Assembly: GCA_031835245.2 (NCBI GenBank)
Contig: JAVKOQ020000009.1
Span: forward strand, 186,001 to 250,000
Reading direction: 5' to 3'
Origin: Balamuthia mandrillaris
Lineage: Eukaryota
Length of the DNA stretch: 64,000 bases
The notes under the pieces were generated by a model. The model was not told the origin of the DNA. It did not search any database and saw only the letters and a program-made list of their open reading frames with translations. Below, in pieces: positions 48,514 through 60,136 of this stretch. The position numbers and the translations under genes are program-made. Numbering within the stretch: position 1 is the first letter of the stretch; each line of letters begins with the position of its first letter.

Positions 48514-49942
48514 TTACATATCCAAGGGGTTCCATCCACCGGGCACGTCCTCATCATCTGGAAGATCTTCCAAATCATCCACATCGCCGGTGTCCTTGGC
48601 CAGCTCCTCCTCTAAAGCGCCTCTCAACACCCATAATCCCTCCAAGTCATAATAACTATGCATACCATGTAAGAAGAAGAATGGAAACATAGAAAGAAAG
48701 AAGAACAAGAGAAGGAGAGAATAGAAGAAAAGAGAGGGAGCGTGAGCAGAAAAATAACAAACCGTCTGGCGCCAGCAGAGAAAAAGTGCACAACGATATC
48801 ACCGCAGTCCATTACCATCCAGTCATTGTTCTCGTAGCCCTCGATGGAAACAGGTATGGTTGGGTCCAAGTTTCTTTTCCTGGCTCGAACCTGTTGGTCA
48901 CAAAGGTTGGTTCAAGCATGTTCATCCATTGTAGGTCAAACAAAAGGAGTAAAGACAACAGATAGAAGGATGAAGAATAAAAAGACGAAGAAGAGAGAGA
49001 AAGGAGAAAGGAGAGAAAGAAAGATGAGAGAGAGAGAGAGAAAGGAGAGAGGCCAAGGGAACATACAGCAGCCAATATTTTTTCAGCCATGCCACGCATA
49101 TGCCTTCCCGAGCGCCCCTCCACGGTGATCATGTAGTTGGTGTAGTTACACTTTTGGCTGATGTCGACGGCAAAGAGGCGGAGGGCCTTCTCCTCCTTGA
49201 GCAGCCGCACCACGTCCTCAAAGTGCAGCGGCGGGGGGAGGTTCTGGTACTCCGGGTCATGCACGGTGAGGTAGCGCTCCTCCTCCTTCTTCTTGAGGCG
49301 CGGCCTCAAGGCCGCCGTCTTGGAGGGCGGGTTGACCAGGCCCACTTGGCCCACAAACTCGACCGGCTGGGAGGTCTCATCGCTCCTTTCTTTCTTTCTG
49401 GTGGTGGCAGCGGTCTTCTTCTTCTTGGTGGAGGAGGGGCTTCCTTCTGCGGCAGCAAACTTGTCGATGCCCTTGCGCGTTTTGCGTTGGGAGAGCAAGG
49501 CCGATTTCTCGTCGCGGTCGGAGGTGACGGAGGCCAAGCGCTCGTTGTCTTTTGGCTTCTTGGAGGTCTTCTTGGCTGCTGCTCCTCCCCCATGTTGTAT
49601 GTACTCTACTGTTTTGCGTTGTTTTTCCAAGTAGCCCTTTCGTGAGGAAGATCCGGACCTCTTGCCAGAAGAAGAAGAGGAGGAGGAGGAGGAAGAAGAG
49701 GAAGTGGCGTAGCATGCATAGGAAGGGAGCAAGAAGCAGTTGGGTGGCTTTGCAACACGAGGGGGAGGAAGAGGGAACAGGGAAGAGGCAACAGTTTTGG
49801 TGCGTTGGTGCTGGAGCGCGGTGGAGGAAGAGAAAAGGCGAGGGAAGAAGAACGCAGTGGAGGGGCTGCATGCAGCACCGCAGTGAAAGGCTCGACCGCC
49901 CCAATGGGGCGCAAGCAGGGCGGCACCAGCTTCTCTCTTCAT
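48514..49942 (-). CDS. MALSU1: Mitochondrial ribosome silencing factor RsfS/Iojap/MALSU1
   Basis: Basic, Ser-rich presequence-like N-terminus; LLKEEKA..AVDISQKCNYTNYMITVEGRSGRHM, IEGYENNDWMVMDCGDIVVHFF, RR|YYDLEGLW. Confidence 0.92.
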
Positions 49943-50242
49943 CTTTTCTTTCTGCTGTTTTGCTGACGTGGCAAAGAATGTTAATAATGCACACTGTTTG
50001 TCTACATAAAAGTAAGACAAGAGCGAAGACAAGAGCGAAGAGAGAAGAGAAGAGAGGAGAGAGAAGAGAGAAGAGAGAGCGAAGAGAGAAGAGAGAAGAG
50101 AGAGAAGAGAGAAGAGAGAAGAGAGAAGAGAGAAGAGGGAAGAGGGAAGAGGGAAGAGAGTAGAGGAGAAGAGCAGGGAGAAGGGAGAAGGGAGAAGAGA
50201 AAAAAGTGGACAACATGGAAGCGAAGAGAAACAAAATTTTAT

Positions 50243-53200
50243 CTAGGAGAATTTGATGGTGATAGGCCTAACGAATTTGAAATACCGCTCGAGCATGTCG
50301 AAGATATCCGTGTGTCGCTCTCGGAGCTTCCGCTCAAACTCTTGGAACGAAAGCACCATTACGTGGCTCTCCATTGTTAATTCCCTTGACAGGCCAAAGC
50401 TGCTGATTGACTCCTCCGTTGCTGTGTTTGTTCGTTCCACCTCATCCTTTTCTCCCTGTTGCTGCTCGTGTTCCACGTTTTGTTGTTCTTCTTGAAGTAC
50501 GTTATTGGAGTCTTCTTGCTCTGTGTTCTGTTCAGTTGTGATGGAAGGTATAATCTCTTCTTTCTCTTTTCTCTCCTCCACATCCTCTTTTGTTTTGTCA
50601 TCATCTGCTTCCTCTGCTTCCGCCTCTGTTGTTTCTTTCTTCCTATTGCCCTTATGTCGCTGCTCGTATTTCTCCCAATCTATGGAAGAAGGGCAGCTCA
50701 TGGCCACCACTCTGCTGCTCCTCTGCTGCTGCTCCATCAGCATAGCCTGTCTAGCGTTCAGCTTCTCCTCCTCCCAAAGGAAGAAGCTGTCTGAGTTTCT
50801 ATTGCTTTTTCGTTGCTGCTGTCGTCGTAGTCGCTGATGCTGACCCCATCGTTTGTCTTCTTCATCGTAGGAACTAGCAAAGCTGCTGCTTGTTGTGTCG
50901 CTGAAATAACCGCTGCTAGCGGAGGTAGTGTTACTCTCCGTATCTTCTTCTGAGTCGGCATCCGAGTCGTCATCATAATCGTCATCAGCTCCTGCTTTCT
51001 CTTTTACATTTTTTCTGTGTTTTGTTTCTCCACTATCTTTTCTTGTTGCTTTGTTTTCTTCGTCTTCCTTTGTTAGTGCCGTTTCTCCTGTAGCATTTCG
51101 TTCGGCGATGCCACTTGTTTCCCTTTCTTCTCTTCCTCCGCTTGGATAGAATTCTTGAGAAAGAGAAAGCTCACGAGAACGATGCTGAATGGCTTCCGCC
51201 AAAATATCATCAATGTTACTGAAACGGTGGTGTTGATGATGGAGATGATGGGCTTCTCCTCCTGTCACATGATGGCGAAGGTAGTATTGATGAAAGAGAT
51301 CAGCATTGAGGTAAGAGGCAGCAACTCCGCCGTGATGGCCGCGTGGAGAGAGCGGTGAGGCTGGTTCCTGGAAGAGAAGATAGATACACTCAACTAGATC
51401 GGCCATTGCGTCCTCTGTCATTGTTCGCTCCATTGTGAAGATGGCTATGTCCTGGAAAGTAGAAGAGGACGAAGAAGAGAAGGCGCCGTTGAGCAGCACC
51501 CATGGATTCGTTTCTTCATCCTCTTTCTCGGAGAAGAGCAAGAAGAACACTGTTTGATATAAATTGATATGAGACAATAGTACAGAGAGAGGGGGAGGAA
51601 TAGAGAGAGAGAGACAGAGAGAGACAGAGAGAGAGAGCAGAAGAGGTTAGAAAGAACGAACAATGCAGTAGTTGATGGGCGGGACCCTTAAGAAGAGGAC
51701 TCAGCCCGATCACCAGTTCACGAAAATCAATAACTTCATCTCGATTAATATCCCAAAACTGGAATAGCCGCTGAACGATCGCAAAAGGTACATCCGCCTG
51801 AATAACAAAAGAAAATTAAAATACTCATCTTTTTGCACGTGAAAACGAGCAAAGAGACTGAGGAGAGTACATACCCAACGCTGTGAAATGGCATTCATTG
51901 TAGCTGGGAAGTCAAACAAATCAAGGCCATTTCGCAAACGACTGCTTCGGGTAGCAACTCGGAACTCGCTGTACATGTGCTCCAGTTCTTCACGATTAAC
52001 TGAGGGAGAACGTTATGACGACGATTGGATGAGAAAGAAGAAGAGATTAGAAGAGGAGAAAGAAGAAAGAATACAACGTACATAAGGTGTTTTCCTGTAA
52101 ATAAACAATGTCCTTGTTTTTGTTTTGTCCCTCTAATTGTGTTTCCGTTACCTGAGTAAACCGTAAACGCCTTTGAAGATTGTTTGTAAAGTTATGAGAG
52201 AGAAGTAAAGAGTAGAAGAAAAGAGCAGATAAGAGAAAGGATCGTACAGCTGATGAATATAGTCAGGTTGAAAAGTAGGATCCTTTGCAACTTTGAACGC
52301 GATCTATAATAGCGACCGTGTTACAAGAAAGCAAACAATGAAATAGCGAGAGAGATGAGACGAGATGAGATCGTTAGGAGAGATAGAGAGAAAGCACAAA
52401 CCTCTAACAATTTGTCAATATCAAAACATTGAGCGAGGAACGAGCGAAGCACACGACCAGCTCTTTGAGGTGAATTTAGCCGTAAAAGAGTGTCTTCATA
52501 CATTCGCAGAATAGCACACAGAAAACTAAAGAGAATAGAGTGGCCTTCGCAGAAGATACAGTCCCATAACCGAAATACAGCCTTAAATGCGCAGAAACCA
52601 AATCGTTAAAACGGTTAACAGATTGTTCGCACCGAAAAGAGAAGAGAGAAGAGGGGATATACTTCTGTGGGAAGGGTATAAATAAATAAATGGAGGAGCC
52701 AGTGATGAGAAAGATCAATTATCTCGCGTGTGAGTATTTGCATCAAGTGAGGGAGCTTCATTGTCAATAGCTCCACCATCACCTTTTGGTCAACTAACAA
52801 GCCGACCTATTACATACATAATGGTTAATCGAGAGACGGAGAGAGACACGAGTATGACACGAGAGAATAGGAGAGAGAGAGAGAGAGAGAGAGAGCAAGA
52901 AATACCGAAGATTCAGAAAAATAGTCTTTGAACATGTCTTGAGCAATCTTTGTCAGAAGCCAGAATGCACCTTCTTCATCCGTAACTAACAACAACATGG
53001 CTTTTAAAGAGAAAAGTTACATTAGTTTGTAAATCTCAAAAACAACAACACGAAGAAGGACAGGAACAAGATCTAAACACACAAAGAGAGAGAGAGAAAG
53101 AGAGAGAGAACGACAAACCAGTAATGTACATAAGAGGTTTAGAATATCCTACATGTAGATCCCACAAGGAGTATGCCGTGAGAACTCGTCCGATGGCAGC

Positions 53201-56200
53201 TTTGCTGTCGTGATTCGACAGAAAGCTGTGATTGGGGAACCGCTGTTCTTTCAGATCTTGTTCGATTTGGTCCTTGTAGGGAGAACTCTTCTTGGCAGCC
53301 ATTGCCAAGAGATCGGCATAGTTTTGGGTGCTTGCTTTGGCTTTAGCCTCTGCACCTGACAGCTTATACCAAAGCTTTATGATCCCAAATAACAAAAAGA
53401 AAAAAAGAAAAGAAAGAAAATAAAAAAGAAAAATGAGCAAAGGAACCTAAAAATACGAAGAAATGGAAAGAAAAAAGGCGAACCTTGGAGCGTTTTTCAT
53501 GCGGAATGCCTATCTTGGCCATTCGAGATAACTGTGGCGAGTCGATTTGGATTTCTTTCTCGAGGTGGTGTGTACTTAGGTATTTTTTCCATTCCTTCCT
53601 TTGGGCTAGCACTTTGCGATTACAGCACTTCTGTGCAAATCGTGCATAATCTTTCCACATCGACCTATCAATAGCAAAGTCATATTGATCCCTGGGGTAC
53701 AAATGTAAGTTTTGGTAAGAAAGCCTCTATTAAAAAGGAGCAGCGAAAGACAGAACATGAAGAGGAAACACATGCTACCTTCTGATGCTGTCCGTCCAGG
53801 CATCACGAATATGCCAAACCTGCCAATGTCCCAAAATAACGCTGTCTGCCTGTACGCGGTTGTTTCGGCTGTTGGCACCAATATAACAGCCGATATGCGA
53901 TTTGAAGCCATACGCCTGAAGTTTTCGCTTTCCCTGGTCGTAACGTTCTTTCCTCTGGAATATCTCTCGCTCTTTGACTATGATCTTATCCGCGCGGAGA
54001 ATGCCATCTGGCAGCACCGTCAAATAGCGGCCATGGAAAGATTTGAAGCTGTAAAACTTTTTGCGTGGTTTGAGCCTGTTGGTTCTCAACACCGTCCGAA
54101 TTACTTTCTGCTTGATTGTTTTACGTGCTTTCTTTTTCTCTTCTTGTCCTCCTTCTTGTACCTTATTTTTCGTCTCTTCTTTTTCTTGTTGTTTCGTTGC
54201 TTCCTTCTGTTCTTCGCTCTCTGCGCCGCCTTCTTCTTCTTGCTCATCCACTTCAATCTCTATTTCCTCTTCTACCCGTTCTTCCACAACCTGCTCCAAC
54301 TCAGCCTCTGTTTCTTTACAACCTCCGATTCGCTCCATCACCCACGTTTGCCAATCCTTACCAACAATGCCGTTACTACCACCACTACTGCTGCCGTCTC
54401 TCAAATAATCACGACTGGTGATGGTTACGTGACCATCTGGCTTTGCTGCTAAATACCGTCCATCATGAGTCATGAGGTACACGGTCCTAATCAAGGGTTC
54501 CTCTTCTTCGCCACTGTTTCCTTCTGCTCCTCCCTTTTCTCCTTTTTCTTCTTGCTCTAGTGCTTGTAGACTGGCAATCAGCAGTTGGTGTTGTTGTTGC
54601 TGATCGCCATCGCGTGAGCGCCTCAACGGCGAACTTGCTTTTGGGGTTGTTGGAGCAGAGGCTAGTCGAATACTGCGCGATAAGTGAGGACTGCCATGGA
54701 TATCCAGTCGTGGTTCCAACTCGATGAAATGTTCAAAGTAGAGAAGCTCTCGTTCGATATTGCTCATTTGGTTTTCATCATAGTCCAACGCCTCATTCCT
54801 TTGAATAGAATACTTATCACTCCGCAGAGGTTTTTCTTGTTCTTGTTCTTTTGATTCTTGCTTGTGTTGTTGGTTTGCTGGACTCCAAGGGCCGTACCCT
54901 TCCATACAATTTCGACGAGGAGGGGTGGTTGCGAGATAGTGAGGCACAATATCGGGTTCTGAGGTGCACTGGCTGCCGTTTTCTTGTTTTGGTCCGCATT
55001 TGGCACGCAGTAGAAGAGGAGTATTTGGCTTTGGTTTGGGCGAAAGGCATTTGGGTGTTTTCCTATTGGGCGTTGTGTTGTTGCTCTCTGTCTTACTTTT
55101 CAGAAGACGTTGCAAGAGACCCCCGTGTTTTCCAGTGGAGCTAGAGTTATTAACTAGAAGATGTTCTTTTTCGTCTTCTGTGGAGGAAGTGGAGGAGGTA
55201 AACTCGTCTTTTGTTGCGGCTGAGGAAGACACCTCAAAGTCCTTGCTGTAGTTGGGAATGACGGCAAACGAACCTAAGAATGTGTCCTCACGTATGTTGT
55301 TGATGTAATGGTCTTTGTACTCTGTTATGTATTAATTAGTTTCTTGGAAAAATGAAGAAAGACGTGCGATAACAAAAGAGAGAACAAACTTTCGAAAAGC
55401 TCGAGCAAATCCTTGAAATTATTCTGAGTTGCAATGTCTTTGCAAGTTCCTTGTTTACCACGCATCAGTGGATCAGCACCATTCTCCAACAAAAGTTTAG
55501 CCACTGCCAAGTCATTGCGATGCGTTGCATAGAACAAACATGTGTCCTTATTGCTGGTTGAATACAAATGAAAAGAGGCATGAGAAAATCAAAATGAAGA
55601 AGAATAAGAAGTAGAAGAGGATCAGCGTACTTATTGCGCAAATTAACGTCCACAGGACTATACTTGAGCAAGAGATGAACGGCAATCCAGCTGCCACTCA
55701 TTGCAGCTTTATGCATTGGGGTCTCTCCTTGCTTGTTTTGTGTGTTGACTTGAGCTCCTCCACTCAACATTTGCAGCAAAACCTGCACGAACAATTCCTT
55801 CTCATCACTCTTCAACGTTTGAGTGGATGACTCGTCTTCCGCTTTCTCTTTCATTCTCAAAGCTCTTCCTATGCCACTTTCCGTGCCTTCTTTGCTTTCT
55901 GCTTTTTCCGTTTCTTCTGTCGTTGACGTTTTCGTGCCACTTCTCTTTTTTCTGCGACGGATGGGAGAGGTGATAGTAGTTGGGTTGTTGGTTTTTTTGG
56001 CTACTCTGGCTTTCTTCAAAGTAACTTCGGCCAAGTAATGCAGAGGCAGGTTGCCATCGGCGCTTTGTACGGTGGGGTCCGCTCCACTGTCCATCAACAG
56101 TTTGCATACTTCCAGAAATTGTCCTGCGTGTTTCTCTTGTTCAGCAAACTGACATTTTCTTTACCTCTTTTCTCGTTTATCTCTCTCTCTCTCTCTCTCT

Positions 56201-57545
56201 CATTCTCTCTCCTCTCCCGCTCGTTTAAAAACAGACCTTTGCAAGCACAATGTAGCGGGGTCCAACCATGCCAATCGGTAACGTTACTGTCTGCTCCTTT
56301 CTCCAACAGGGCCGCAACCACTAGCTTCATGCCTTTGCTGCAAGAAAAGTGCAAGGGTGTTTGTCCCCATGTCTCGTCTCTTTCATTGACCGAGCTGACT
56401 CCCTGTTCGATGAGTTTTAGGATGAGAGCATAGTCCGGGTTGGAGATATCAAAGGAGGAGGCAGCGCAGCCGATGATAGCTTTGATGATGGGTTGCGTTT
56501 CTTTGTTCTCGTCATAGAGGGAAAGAGCGCCACTGTCATCGCTAAAGGGCTTGTTACTATTATGGTTGGAGGCAGCAGCTCTTCGTTTGAGGAAGGAACT
56601 GGTGTAGGAGGAGGTTGGCGAGAGAGGATCTTTATGGTTGGGGGAGAGGAGAGAGGAGTCCTTTCGAAGATATGAAGAGGGATCAGCAGTGGAAGTAAGA
56701 CCGAAAGAAGGATGGTGTGGATGGTACAGGGAGGAGGAAACCAAAGCTTCCTTGCGAAAGTCAGCGATGCTGCGCTGAGCGCCATGGTCCGGAATGACAA
56801 AGGAGGAACGTCTTCTTGGTCCATTTTCTTCGTGAGGCAATGCCAAGTCGTAGGACGCCATCCCGCGAAACTGGTGATCATTCTTATTGCTCCCGCCTCG
56901 TATGCCTCCTCTCTCTCCGTCCTCATCCTCCGAGGAAGAACCGGACGAGTCTTCTTCGTCTTCCTCGTCCTCTTCCAGAGAAGAAGACGAGGCGGACATG
57001 GCATACGGCGAAGAGAGGCTCGACGAGGTGGTGGTCGTCGTTGTGGCCGAAGTCGACGCCGTCGTCTCCCCATCTGAAAAACTGTTGTTGAAGCTCCTCT
57101 CCTCGCCCTCTTCGCCTCCCCCAGGAAACACTCTGTCCCTGTTCTGTCGCCAGAACGTCTCGAAGAAGCCGACAAAGGCGGAGGGTCCCAACAGGCGCAG
57201 ATCCGGGCGAGTGCTGAGGACCAGCTCCCAGTCCCACAGGACCTCGGCCCAGCGGTTGGCCTTGGCCACCACCAGGTCCTTGCCGCGGCCAAAGCGGCGG
57301 ACCACGATGCGGAAGGTCTTGTCCTTCCATTTGTGAGACTGCAGCACGAATTGAAAGCGACGGTTGGGGTTGTTGCTGTTGTTATGATGCTGAGAATGAG
57401 CATGATAAGGGTCGAGGACTTCGCTGTCGCTCATGTTTCCTCCGCCGCCACCGCCACCACTGCCACCGCTACCGCCGTCTTTGCGGAGGTCCTCCCAAAA
57501 GGCGGCGCCTGTGATGCTGCATAGTTCCGGCTTGCACAGAGGCAT
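50243..57545 (-). CDS. Multidomain protein: TBC1D8/9-like N-terminus, ankyrin repeats, fascin-like repeats, TBC (Rab-GAP-fold) domain, EF-hand-like C-terminal region
   Basis: ANK: GQTPLHFSC, GWTPLHCAC, GNLPLHYLA, GETPMHKAA. Fascin-like: THDGRYLAA, KSFHGRYLT, KSHIGCYIG. TBC: DQYDF, GIPHEKRSK|LWYKLSG, IEQDL, RVLTAYS, VGYSKP, EEGAFWLL, FRLWDCIFCEG. C-terminal FQFWDINRDEVIDFRE. Treating this as one gene is an inference from splice signals and the absence of an intergenic-like gap. Confidence 0.75.
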
Positions 57546-58215
57546 TGGAGGAGGTTTAGTTCGCTAGCCTAACTACTAGTCACGTTTTTCTGCTTCTCTC
57601 GGCCTTTTGCTTCTTCTTGTTCTATCTGCGGAGGGAGGGAGGAGGAGAAAACAAACCAAAAATCATCAACAAAGGCGAAAAATAATTATTTTTTTTTTGA
57701 AAAGGAGGAGAACTCACCATCAACGTCTTTGTAAGTTCTTGTTTGTTATTTTCGTAAAGAGGCAACGACCCTTTTTTTTTTTCCAAAAGAAAATTGTTGT
57801 TTGTAACGATCGGCTTTCGCTCCGTCCGTATTTCTTCTTCGCGCTTGTAAAGTCTTTGGTTTTTTTTTTTTTGAAAATAAAAAAGGGCAGTCAGGGACAC
57901 GCGCACGTATTGCCCTCCTTTTCACTACACTATTTCCCTGCCACCACCACCACAACAACGCTATTCCTCTCCTCTCCCCCACCCCCGTTTTCTTCTTCGA
58001 AAAAAAAAACAAACCGCGAGCAAGCTTCCCACACCAAAAAAAAGGGGAAGGCAAACGAGTTTCGCTCCTTTTCGTAATGTGCCTCGTCTGCTCTTTATTT
58101 GTGTAATTTTCGTTTTTGTTCATAATTATGGCTCGAAAAAGGAAGAATAGATTCAAAATATCGGAACCTTTTGGTGGTTATCGATAGATTATTGTAGATA
58201 ATCGATCGAAACTGT

Positions 58216-59292
58216 TTATGCGTCCCTTCCTTTGGTAATGGTGGTGGCGGCGTTGTGCGGTTGCGATTCTTCCTCTTCTTCTTCTTCTTCGTGGCCTTCT
58301 TCGTTGGGTGTCGCCACTGGCATGACAGGGTGATACCACTGCGGCAAGCTCTCGCTCTTTGGGTTGAGGTGATAGTCCAAGAGCAGCTCCTCCCCTTCCT
58401 CGATGTCTCGCGTGGCCACCAACACCATCCCTTTCAGCACCCGCTTGCCATTCCGCTCATCCCGCACCTGCCGAAAGGGCAGACAAGGGAGATGAGGCTG
58501 AAGATGAAGAGGGATCATCGGCATCACTTCAGCCTCATTCATTTGTTCTTCTTGCTCTTGCAGATACCAGTCCAGTGCGTAGCACATCACGTTGGGCCGT
58601 TTGCCTGCTGGCGGGTGGTTCACCAGCTGAGCAACTGCCCAGGGGTTCCCAAATAGTGTCACAAAGTCTAATGCTTCTTCTTTGTCTGCTTGTTCTCGTG
58701 TTTCTTCCTTCTTCATTTGTTGGGTTGGTCGTCGTTCTCTGCTCCAAAGGTTTTGAAAGACGGTCTTGGAAATGCCCGTGGCTCTGCCGTCGATGAGCAC
58801 CTCGTCATGGCGTGTGATGAGGTAGTGGTTGTCTATGTATATGTGAGGATAGACTGCAATCATGTCCACTGGAGAGTAGACCACACCCGCATAGAAGCAA
58901 CAAAGCTGACCTCTTCGAAGCACCTTCTTCTCCTCGCTCTCCCCCCTACTGTTGTGGTTCGCCTTGTGAAGAAAGACTCCAGTACCAGCTCCTTCAATCC
59001 CAGAGTGAGCGGTGACTAAAACAAAGCCATCCTCTTCCTCCTGGTTGTTGTTGCGTTGAGAGAGCCGATGAGAGCGCTCCAACAAAAGCAAAACCTGAGC
59101 GAAGAGCTCCTTGTTCACTGCTGCCTTTTTCTCCCCGGGGATGGGGAGCTGTTGTTGATCGGTTTGTCCTCCAAAGAGCAAGGAATAAAGAGCGAGCACG
59201 TCCCTGGCCTCACGCACGCCCCCACCGACATAGTTCTTGGCAAACAATGGCGGTGCGCTGCTGCCATCCCCGGACGAACAAACTGCCGACAT
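58216..59292 (-). CDS. SETD9: SETD9-like SET domain protein (intronless)
   Basis: SGIEGAGTGVFL, FYAGVVYSP, DNHYLITRHDEVLIDG, NPWAVAQLVNHPP..PNVM, VLVATRDIEEGEELLLDY. Confidence 0.85.
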   Translation of the reverse strand: MSAVCSSGDGSSAPPLFAKNYVGGGVREARDVLALYSLLFGGQTDQQQLPIPGEKKAAVNKELFAQVLLLLERSHRLSQRNNNQEEEDGFVLVTAHSGIEGAGTGVFLHKANHNSRGESEEKKVLRRGQLCCFYAGVVYSPVDMIAVYPHIYIDNHYLITRHDEVLIDGRATGISKTVFQNLWSRERRPTQQMKKEETREQADKEEALDFVTLFGNPWAVAQLVNHPPAGKRPNVMCYALDWYLQEQEEQMNEAEVMPMIPLHLQPHLPCLPFRQVRDERNGKRVLKGMVLVATRDIEEGEELLLDYHLNPKSESLPQWYHPVMPVATPNEEGHEEEEEEEESQPHNAATTITKGRDA

Positions 59293-59611
59293 CCCTTTTT
59301 TTTTGTTCCTTCTGCAATGACGTGTCACTGAAGCCGTTGATCTTGCCCTTCCCCTCAAAACAATCAATGCACCAATCTAAAATCAAAAAATCTTTCCTTA
59401 TTTCTGTCGATTATCGTGATCTCTCGACAATTATTGTCATGCTTGCGTTTGTCCCTGTTTGCCCGCAGGAGTGGACAAAACCCAGGTTAGACGGCACGCT
59501 CTTTCCCTTTGTCTCTGTGGGAAATTACATGACTCCTCAATGCTTATGTCCACCCTGCGGCGCTACGCTCGATAGAAAACATTATGATAGAAAAACAGAA
59601 AGAAAGAGGAA

Positions 59612-59911
59612 ATGATAGAAAGGATACAGGTGACCTATTGCCGAACACCAGAGGGCTATTTCGTGGGCAAGATACGATGTGCCAAGGGGTACACCAGCGA
59701 TGAGGGCTCCTCCCAAGCTGAATTGCACAGCAATCTCCGTGGTGGCCTGGCAGCCCTTGGCTACGTGTCCGATGGGTATGAACTTGTTTGGAACTACGAC
59801 CCAGCCAGCTTTGAAGACGTGGATTTGTTGTTTGATGAGCAGGAGGCTGATACCTCAGCAAACCCCATCCACACCCCAACGGAGCACAACGATCGGGTCA
59901 CTCCGAACTGA
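59612..59911 (+). CDS. Small hypothetical protein with HicB-like N-terminal pattern
   Basis: 99-aa intronless ORF of normal complexity: IQVTYCRTPEGYFVGKIRCAKGYTSDEGSSQAELHSNLRGGLAAL, followed by an acidic tail. The family call is by eye. Confidence 0.45.
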   Translation: MIERIQVTYCRTPEGYFVGKIRCAKGYTSDEGSSQAELHSNLRGGLAALGYVSDGYELVWNYDPASFEDVDLLFDEQEADTSANPIHTPTEHNDRVTPN

Positions 59912-60136
59912 TATTATAAGATCGACCACAGCAATAACCTCGTCACCATCTCATGAAAGCCTGCATTATTCATCAACTTCACGAAGCATGTGGCTGATGC
60001 AAACTTTGTATTATACAAAATTAGACGATCAGCATACAAAGGATGCAGAAAGGAGTCTTTAGGAGAATTACAAGAAGATGCTGCGATTTTGCAATGCCTT
60101 TGGATGAGTTGCTCAAGATGAAAGACTCTCTGAAAC

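Noticed and set aside
59909..60121. The frame beyond the HicB-like ORF is interrupted only by TGA codons (59909, 59954, 60119), suggesting readthrough or recoding
   Set aside because: Too few stops to be significant; TGA is a normal stop in neighbouring genes, TGG encodes Trp in the same ORF, and no SECIS was recognised.
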